A DNA stretch of 62,680 nucleotides, counting the filler, from Choristocarpus tenellus KU-1152 (Eukaryota; Protista; Phaeophyceae): the NCBI GenBank assembly GCA_964200185.2. It is 11 parts of 11 records of this genome, joined end to end, with 100 filler letters (N's around TTAATTAATTAA, not from the genome) between each part and the next. Parts side by side here need not be neighbours in the genome. Positions count along the whole stretch, not along the records: positions 47,979 to 54,153 come from CAXNAD020008759.1; positions 54,254 to 58,367 come from CAXNAD020016140.1; positions 58,468 to 62,680 come from CAXNAD020015662.1; 8 more parts are not named here. One strand, written 5' to 3'. Each line of letters opens with the position of its first letter. Within the stretch, counting starts at the first letter, position 1. Positions 53,636 through 62,680 of the stretch are shown piece after piece. The notes under the pieces were generated by a model. That model was not told where the DNA came from. It was given only the letters and a program-made list of their open reading frames with translations, and ran no database searches. The translations under genes were made by a program, and so were the position numbers.

Positions 53636-56600
53636 GTGGGCCACAAAACGAAGAATAGAACTAATTTTATGTTACTAACCATGAGTTGAAGTAGCAGAAG
53701 GGGGGGTGGGTGTGCCACTGAGTTATTGAGGGTGCCCACCCCCCTCTGTACTTGTGACGGTATACCTTTTTCAGGAATGCTTGGCCTTTTTTTTAACTAT
53801 TTGGGGAGGTGCATTATTTTTTTCATTTTGAGGGTCATACATACGTTCAGTCAGTTCAAAGAGTTTTTTAAGGAAAAAAAAAAGAGAGGCGTGTTTTATC
53901 CTCGTCATCAACGAGATCTCTTTTATATATATATATTTTATATATAATTTTATATATTCAAAATCTGTTCGTCTTCGGAAGTTTGTAAATTAATAAATGT
54001 AAAAAAGAAGAGGGGAAAGAACAAAAATATTCTGGAAAAAAAAATTAAAATCAAAAAGGTAGGTGGATCGTATCGTGCGTGCGCGCCCCCCCACCCCCCC
54101 TCCCCCCTGTATGTATGTATCGATTGCATTTGAATTTCTTATCCACGGAGGTCNNNNNNNNNNNNNNNNNNNNNNNNNNNNNNNNNNNNNNNNNNNNTTA
54201 ATTAATTAANNNNNNNNNNNNNNNNNNNNNNNNNNNNNNNNNNNNNNNNNNNNTGAAATGTCAGCAGAAAAAAGAGGTGTTTGACCGAAACGGACGCCCC
54301 CTCACAAACAACCCCCCCCTCCAGATACTTTGACCTTAAGGTAAAGAACAAGATACAACAAACACGACACCAACGATAGAGTTGCAGGAAAGTCCTTCGA
54401 ATACACCATCAGTTGTAGCGTGCTTCGCATAAGGAAAACAAGAAACGTACTAGGACGACTACAGTTGGCTAAAGCTACTCCTAAACTAGCGATGTGACAG
54501 CAGTGCAGAATCAAGGGAATAGTCCCACCAGTCATGCAAACCTTGTCTAGCCCATCGACCTGGCACTTCTAGCTTGAAATGCAGGACACACCTGGAGATT
54601 GTCATTTGAGTAGTGACTGACACATATCTCTTGTTGCAGGAGTCCCTTCACTGCTCCCTTGCTACAAAACCCTTAGTCTCCCTCCAACCCTCTACACGAG
54701 TCACCAGTTCATACAGGAAATTGTTCTGTGTAAACTACCAGGGTCAAAAGATCCCTCGTCGTGGTGGTTATGCTTCTGGGTCTCAGCTTCATCAGCAGCA
54801 ACATCAAATTGTTTAATGATGACCATCGTTGGATACGGCAATTTTCTCTGTCAGAGAATCAATGCACGTAAGTTTTGTGGTGTTGATATAAATATATATT
54901 GTGCACATTCTTTGTGTAGTTGAGTATAGTCGTTCGTTTGGAAAACAAATTGGTGCATCCATGCAGTTCTCTCCTCATTATCATTACAGTTTTATCATCG
55001 ATTCACTGTCTTAGAGGGGGGGATTATGTGTTTGTGGCCGTGTGACCGCCTTCTAGTGTACATGTGTTTCTAGCAAATTGAATGGCGATTTCACACTTCG
55101 AATGTGTACAATCGTTCGCCTTCTCTGCATCCACAGCCTCTTGAGAGGTTGGCTGCATTTCAGGCATGGGTAAGAATGGGGTCTCGGACAGAAGGTTTAG
55201 AAAATCCAGAATAAAAAAGTAAAGAAATCATCCTCTTTCAAGATAGAATGAATGGTTCCTTCCTCTGGTTCTTGTTTCTTGCTGTCACCCGAGCAACCGG
55301 GCTCACCACCACTAACTCTACTGCTGTTGATGCTACTGTTAGCGGTGCAACTTGTTCGATCAAGTTTTAGGTGAGAAGAACACAGACAGACCACCTTGGT
55401 GAAGAGGAGAAGAAGATAATGAACCATTTAAACACGCCAACTATGTGGAGATTCAGGCAGACAAGCATTTTCTCCTCTCGAAGGTCTTCAAAGATGCCAC
55501 ACAAAGAGGTCCACAAGCACACAAGACCAAATGCTAGTTTATTGTTAGGCATTCCCAGATTGCGCTCCTCACCACCAGCAAGGAAAACAAAAATAATTCC
55601 ATTAGCGGCAGAGAGTAATACCCATAATATCTCGCCTTATAATACCTTACAAACTTCGATTTGAAAATTTCACTCTGTTCTTCAGTAGTTGGACCTAGAT
55701 TGAGAAACTGTTGCTGGTGATATAGTGAATGTACCTTTGAGTGGGAGCTACTTTTGAACCAGATTGTTGGGTTCGTGGGTTGACATTATTAAATAATACT
55801 TGAATAATCAACAAGTTGTGCGTAACAACAATATTGATCAGGCGAACATGTTTTAGTGATGTCGAAATCTGCAGAAGATGTGGTAGTCATCCTTGCATGT
55901 GTTTCTGAGGAATGGTCTTAACGAACTTGACAATTTTTCACAGTTGTAAGAGCGTATGCGTTGATTGACATATATGTAATACATGGCACTACAGAAGTCC
56001 GATATGGAACACATGATGAACCATTGGTTTGTGTAATGTGTAAGCAGGGAACACCTTGGTTTCGATGAGTTGTTACCGACCAATGGTGCAAGCATCCAAA
56101 CAAACACATTCTGGCGACCACAAAAATCACTGACTTCAGATCAAAACAAGAAAATGAGATTCCCTAAATATGGCAACAGTAAGAGATAAAGATCTCCAGA
56201 TAATTTCTAACCCCGCTTCCTAAACCATTGCAAACGAACGAATCCTCGTGCGTTCGCATAACAAAGCAACGTGGTATTTGTACGATCTGACAAGAGTTGG
56301 ATGTATGTGAACATTTTGTTTTGTAATACGTAGCATATTACAACAGAATAGATGTGTCGAGTGTGAGTCATCGAGGTAGAGGACCTATTTTTTTTAGTAA
56401 TGAGTAGTATTTTGTTACTATGTCCTCGTGATACTGCTATCTATGGATGCATGTTTGATTACACGTGATAGGAGCAGACCATCGATGCAACCCCAGCAGG
56501 GATTCTTGTAGCATCAGCTATAGGGAGGTCCCTACAAGTACGATATTATGTGCAAGGATAAAGAGGTTGGCATGTGGACACATTTGATCAAACATGTATG

Positions 56601-56697
56601 AGATGGAAAATGATTATATGAAGCCACTACAGGTGTTTTGAGATTGTGTAAATGAGACGGAAATCACACGTGCATTCTCCCTGCATGTCACTGCGGG

Positions 56698-57390
56698 TGA
56701 CTGGCCTTCCTAGCCTTGTTATTTATTGATGTTTAGGTCGCTGAAAGATCAAACAATGAAAGTGTTTGGTGCTCACGCAGGCTTATAATTACTTACTTCA
56801 AGTTTCTACGCAGACTGTCTTGTCTCTAACAACCTCTTCGTCCACATATCCTCCTCCTGCTCTTCATCATTCTCTTCTACATATCCTCTTCAACACCTAG
56901 CACCCAGAGGATGTCATCCTCAGTCACAGAAGGAACAATGAGATTCTCCTCTCCCTCTGCTCGCTCTCTTCCTCATTCTCAGTTGTCACCGCCTTCAACT
57001 TAAACTTTATCCGGGCAAATCTAGCAGCAGCTTTATTCAAGGCTAGCTATTCGGTATTTATTTCTTCCCTATTCGCGCGTCCGATTTCTTGCCCATTTTC
57101 TTTTGCATCTTCGTGCGGGATCACTTGTATTTCGTGAACGACCCTGAACCGTTTGGGTTTGAGACAGTGGGAAGACACACACCATCCAGCTGCCACACAG
57201 AAGATCCCGTTGCTTGAATGGACGTCTCAGGTTGAGATCATTCCCAACCCGATCGGTCAATCTCCACACCGACCTCTCGACTTCTTGGCGACACTATGGA
57301 CTTGCTATCAAACAGAATCTCCTGCAGACAAAAACTACACACCTGTGACTGTCAGGATCCTGATCTTTCCGATCCCCCCACCAACATCAA
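56698..57390 (-). repeat. Dispersed repeat (decayed TE) homologous to 59430-60447
   Basis: The reverse complement matches the GGAGAA(T/C)CTCATTG, GAGGA(T/C)GACATCC, AGCCTGC(G/A)TGAG and ATCAGGATCCTG blocks. Confidence 0.7.
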
Positions 57391-59111
57391 TATAGATTGT
57401 GAGGGTGGGCTTGAATTCCTCATGGTCAATTCTCCGCAAAGATTTCAGAACCCCCATCATGATACCCCTGTACGGGATCACTTTGAATCTAGTTAACCGC
57501 TTCGATTAATGATAGACCTCTCTTAAACCCAGAGAGCAACGTTCCAAGCTACATGATGGAAGAATTCTGCCCTTTCATCACATCATCCATGATTAGACAA
57601 CCCCGAAATAGGTAACTTAGCTCCCACCAGCAACCAAGAGTGGAACCAGTAGAACTCCTCTCAATTGATTGTGAGATTGTGAGTTTTGACGGAATGGATG
57701 GGTAGCTTTTGAGAATGCTGCGTGTGGGTGTAACTGAAAATTCACACTGGGGGTAGGATGTAAAAGTTTGCCAGTCATACATATCATCAGTTGAAACGTA
57801 AAAGTTTTCACAATGACTGTTTGACTTCTGACGATGAGAGTAACCAGCTGGTAAGTGATAGTGAAGAAAAACACAGCATCATGTGTAGAGCTCTTCCCAC
57901 CTCTGGCTGGCACTCGACCTACTACATGGGCCAGGGGTAGAGTAGTACATGGTGTGGTGTTGCTTTCTCTTGGCAGGTTATGTTGACCTTTCTCGTCGTG
58001 TCACCTCAGGTACTGCACTGACGACCCCAGGTGAGTTACACTACTTATTGACCACATATGTTGAATCGAGTTTACACGCAAAAAAATGCTCTAGTTCATA
58101 TTTTTCGTCACACTTGACCCACCTCCTTTACCACATAAAACAAGTGACACGTAGTTAATGTCCCTTGTATTGCATGGAGGACTATGTATGTCTTGTGGAC
58201 AATGGAGAGGAGAGAGGGTGAAATTCCCTCATCATTTTCACTATTAATATCAAACCAATATATAAAAGAAATCAGAAATATCAAATCTTCAACGATTATT
58301 GCTTTGATTATATTATTGAAATCTAGTACAGTACCTACCCCGATTTTGTGCACCCATGGGCATGCCCNNNNNNNNNNNNNNNNNNNNNNNNNNNNNNNNN
58401 NNNNNNNNNNNTTAATTAATTAANNNNNNNNNNNNNNNNNNNNNNNNNNNNNNNNNNNNNNNNNNNNCCCCCCAGATACTTTGGGTCAATTCATCAAGGA
58501 TTCCAAATCTTCTTTCAGAAATTAATTTCATCAATATCTTCAAGAGTTTTGGAGAATGCGGCACAGACGTATGGCACGGAGGTAGTAGTATTTTACCACT
58601 TCCCATGTATTTCTTGGAGTCCACTGAAATAATGTTACGAACACTTGCGTGCTCTGAATTTTTTGCATTATTTGGAGGAAGAAAAATGGCGCAAAATCTG
58701 AGCCGACGAAAATAATTATTTCGGAGTTTCAGGTGAACAATTTTGTCTCATTTTTGGTTGTTCTCGGTTGTTCCGATTCCCATTTATTTTAAAAATATAT
58801 TATTCTGTTTTTTTCTGGAAAATCTTCTTCCACTGCAGGTGTATTCCTCCTCTCCTCGCCTTGCACCTGACGCACTACACACTACAAGGTTCATGATGTG
58901 TATTTGAACAATTTGACAAACAACTACATTTTGGTTGAACTCATTGAGGATCACAGTCGTCAGCCACAAATCGGTTTGGTGAGCTTACCAGATCCCTAAA
59001 AAGCAATATAGAGCTCTATTACTATCACGGAAGGAACTGATAAGAGTACATGAAACTCGATTTTTAGGCAACATGTCCTCAATTTTTTTATTGGCAAAAA
59101 TTGTTTTACGT

Positions 59112-59368
59112 GAGTCAAAGTATCTTAGAGGGTAGAGCCATGTCGGTTTGGGGGCTAAAATCCAATGGTAGGATTTTCATGAAATGTTTGGTGTTGTGTT
59201 TGTTAGGAAGAGTAAAGATCCTTATTCCGAACACACCTTTTCATAATGTATACATTTTACTTACTCCAAAACATTTCGGAGAGGAAAATGTCTTAAGAGA
59301 CACGTGGAAAGCCAAGCCCCAAATTGATAAGCAGGGCAAAATTCGTACCCTCTAAGATACTTTCACTC
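59112..59368 (+). mobile_element. MITE family A, full length
   Basis: Both TIRs present; flanks ACGT/ACAT. Confidence 0.92.
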
Positions 59369-59429
59369 ACATGTCACTCTGGACTGTATCACTAGCAAAG
59401 CCCTCGGAATCTATCTGAACTGTAAACGG

Positions 59430-60447
59430 TGCAATGGAAAAATCAGGATCCTGGCGTTCCAGAGGCGTGTTTCTTTTCTGCATTGAAGTCCTCGTATTTG
59501 CACAATGGGATTTAGAATTTGAGCCATCTGTTTTAGGGTTGTCGGATCAGGGAGGCTATAATCTTGACCTAATGACATCCAACCAACGGATTCTCCCATA
59601 TGGTAGAGCTTGGAACTTCAACCGAGCAACAAGGAGGTTTTCCACTGTTCAAAGCTGTGGAAGACATTTATGTGATCTCGCATGGAGGGATCTCGATTTG
59701 GGTTCTCTGGACTTTGCGATAGGTTGGATTACGGCAAAGCGAAAGTCCACTATCGCAATATATCAACACATTGGTGCATTGGGATGATCCGGGTCCTGGC
59801 GTTCCACAGGTACACTTTTCGTCTGCAGGGTAGTACTAGTTGTTGCACCGTGGCGCCTAGAAGTTTATCTGTTTTGGGGTTATCAAACTAGGGATTCTAT
59901 AATCTTGACCTGATGATGTCTAGTCAAGCAATGGGTATTTTTATGTCGTCGCTGGAAACTGGGCGCCTTGTTCCACTGTCTCAGATTCATTCAGTTCAAA
60001 GCCGTTGACGAGATACAAGTGATAGTGCACAGGGATGTGACAATTGGGGCTTTGAGGACTTTGTGACAGGATGGATAATAGCGAAGTACAAGTTCATAGA
60101 GAACGTGCACAAGGGAGCAAATGCGTAAAAGGGGAAGAAGTCAAAGGCCAAGTTGCTGGCCTTCCTTGAGTGAAGCTATCAATTGTGCTCGGATGAAGAA
60201 ATTGAAGCTGAAGACGACTGAGGAGAATGAAGAGAGCAAGATGAGGGAGGAGAACCTCATTGCTCCCCCTGGGACCGAGGACGACATCCCTCGAGTTTTA
60301 GAGATTGAGGAGGATGTGGACGACTAGGTAGATAGGAGACATAGCAGCCTGTGTAGAGATGTAAAAGATAATGAGCCTGCATGAGGCCAAAACACTTCAA
60401 TTCTTCAGTAACCTCAACATCAATGAACAAGGCCTGGAATGCCAGTC
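59430..60447 (+). repeat. Decayed TE copy with an internal tandem duplication of about 340 bp
   Basis: TCCTGGCGTTCCA...CTATAATCTTGACCT...TTCCACTGT occurs twice (units start at about 59440 and 59785); homologous to 56698-57390. Confidence 0.7.
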
Positions 60448-60464
60448 CCACACAGCAACATGAT

Positions 60465-60993
60465 GGCTATAATATCCTAGAGGAGGGAGGGTTAGCCCAG
60501 GTCTCCATTCGGGGCTTGACGAGGTGTTGTAAGATACCCATGTTTGATGCCCGTTTTGCAGGGGATTTCCGTCAACTTTGGTTCAAACAAAGGAGATGAA
60601 AGGGACAGTGAGCCAAAGAATCTTAGAAGGTAGAGCCGTGTCCATTTGGGGGCCAAAATTCAATGTTGCGATTTGGATGTAATATTGGCTATTGTCTTTG
60701 TTAGGAAGTGTCAATATCCTTGTTCCGGATACACCTTTTCGTAACATATACATTTTACCTACTCCTAAATATTTTGAAGCCGGAAAATGTAAAAAAAATA
60801 ACATGGGAATCCAAACCCTAAATAGACAAAGAGGGCAAAACTCGTACCCTCTAAGATACTTGCACTCAGTGCGTTCAGACGAAGTAAATTACCCTTGTAT
60901 CTGACACGTTCGCTCAAATGACACGGAAATCACTATAGGTCCACATAGGCCCCCAGCGGATGTCTGTCCCCCCCCTCTAGGATACTGTGGGTC
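60465..60993 (+). mobile_element. MITE family C carrying a nested MITE A
   Basis: GGCTATAATATCCTAGAGG...CCTCTAGGATACTGTGGGTC; the empty-site homologue is at 34209-34480. Confidence 0.75.
60610..60867 (+). mobile_element. MITE family A, full length (nested in C)
   Basis: Both TIRs present; TSD AGT/AGT. Confidence 0.92.
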
Positions 60994-62256
60994 TGCAGGA
61001 ATACGTAGCATTTGTGTCTACCATCAGCAAAATGTACCATATATCTGTGCTATATCTGCCTTTAATTATTCATGCATTGAACGTCAAATACTTCAAAAAA
61101 CTTCACTGCTATACCGAGAGTAAGTAGTGGCGTATTTCTCGAGTCTTGTATCACTCTCGCTTATACCCATGCTGGTTTCATATCATACACTCTCTTCCGG
61201 GATATGCTTCCTCATATAAATCCGTAAAATGTATCTGCTTTTCCCCAGCGACATGCAATTTCCTCTCCATCCCAACAATTTCAAAACAGTGCAAAAACTT
61301 CATACCATGTGCCACCTATCGAAGTTCAAATATACGATCATATCCACGAGATAGCCGCTGCTCTCAGTTTCACCCCATGCATACTTTATCCGATTTGAGC
61401 AAGAATTGCAATCGTTTTATGGCCACATGCCTAACTTCTAGTTTCGTTCACAAAATTTAATAATTACCCTGGAGTACTATATCTGTCAGAATTTAATCAC
61501 CTATCTATGTTAACCCGTTGTACTACCTTCATAGACACATGTTTCATCTTTATGTAGTTCAAGCTTTGATGGTGTCGTCCAAGTGTGGTCTGGCTTTGCA
61601 CACCTTGAACTTATACACCCTAACAAAGAGGCAAGGTGGGATCTGTCCCTTCCGAAATCACCCACTACAACCTCGGTAAAATAGCATTGAAGACGACAGA
61701 GAATAGTCATTTCCTCTAAATGAAAACGCTAAACCAACAACACCCCCCTACATGGAGAACCAACAACCCCATCATCGAAATGTGCGTGTGTTGAAACCAT
61801 TACACAATGTCGTACAGTCCAATTCTCAGACACACAAACCTGTTTGCCACGCTGGTTGGTTCTTCCCTCCTTCTCGGACGTGATTCGTAACTTCTTTGCT
61901 TTTTCCGTATGTCTGCCATGTAGTACACCAAGCTATCACCTCCATTTTGATTCAGTATGTTTGTGCCATAAACAGGATAGGACAGGCGTACAATCCGTTG
62001 CGGTCACAACGTGGAATAGAACCATCGAAACTAGATTTCCTTGAGAGAGGACGGGCACAGAAGGTGTTCGAACACGCGAAATTCATGGGGGGGAAAGTAA
62101 CCTTAACCACTCATCGTTAAGTCTGCCATACTCGAACACCTCGTTGGACTCAACACACGCTACAACTGATTCTTATACTCTACCCTGCCCAATGTGATAC
62201 TACTACTTCTGTAACTAACTGTTGCACTATAGTGTTGGCAGTCGCCTCTCGGATCA

Positions 62257-62566
62257 GACCGATCTTGATATTTTTGAAAAGGTTAGCCAACGAGTTGCAC
62301 GACGATGAGCATATCAAAAGAAAGCTCTGGATCTAAGCTATCGACTGACGCAAAGGAATTATTTCGGATTTTTTTGGTAAAAAAAATCTTAACCAAATAT
62401 TTTCGGCACAACCTTAGAAATGTTTCGAAATGAATTATCACGACCAAACATATTTTTCCGAGAACGTCCTTTAAATCGATCGATAGCCTAGATCCAGAGC
62501 TTTCATTTGACATGCTGATCATAATTAACTCGTTGAGCAACCCTTTCCAAAAAATCAAGATTGGTC
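62257..62566. repeat. Long imperfect inverted repeat (foldback-type non-autonomous element core)
   Basis: GACCGATCTTGAT...CAACGAGTT...GAAAGCTCTGGATCTAAGCTATCGA pairs with TCGATAGCCTAGATCCAGAGCTTTC...AACTCGTTG...ATCAAGATTGGTC. Confidence 0.85.
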
Positions 62567-62680
62567 ACCGGCAAAACGATACGTGGGCTAACCTCGGCTT
62601 AATACTATTTAAGCCACTCACAGGACACGATTCTGGTTCAGTGTATTGGAGGACACTGCTTGATGCTTCCAAAGTACCAC

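Noticed and set aside
4745-58467. Recurrent TTAATTAATTAA palindrome
   Set aside because: Scaffolding linker inside N runs; many gaps abut G/C tracts of MITE B, indicating assembly breaks.
1-62680. tRNA, rRNA, snRNA and Fanzor/TnpB genes
   Set aside because: No convincing cloverleaf, rRNA motif or RuvC/Zn-finger signature seen by eye; a covariance-model or HMM scan would be needed to exclude them.

Overview
Eukaryotic nuclear DNA, most likely from a stramenopile (brown alga or relative; inferred from TTAGGG repeats, TPAP linkers and gene content). It is a pseudo-scaffold of 11 short contigs joined by ten artificial 100-nt N/TTAATTAATTAA linkers, so adjacency across gaps is not meaningful. Most ORFs in the six-frame track are spurious. 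By reading GT-AG exons by hand I reconstructed five partial intron-containing genes: a probable mitochondrial ATP synthase subunit b, a beta-adaptin, a NIMA/NEK kinase, a Cid1/TUTase-like nucleotidyltransferase, and a secreted modular protein with an internally repeated domain I do not recognise. There is also a GAL4-type Zn2Cys6 remnant. The rest is transposon-rich: a CRE-like LINE 3' end, decayed Ty3/gypsy remnants and a TIR-bounded but dead plant-mariner-like element. The main feature is a clan of three related MITE families (more than 20 copies or fragments) sharing a GRnnCAAAGTATC terminus and a subterminal GTCCATTYGGGG motif. They make variable 3- or 4-bp TSDs, nest in one another, and interrupt decayed intronless ORFs of an unidentified larger element.
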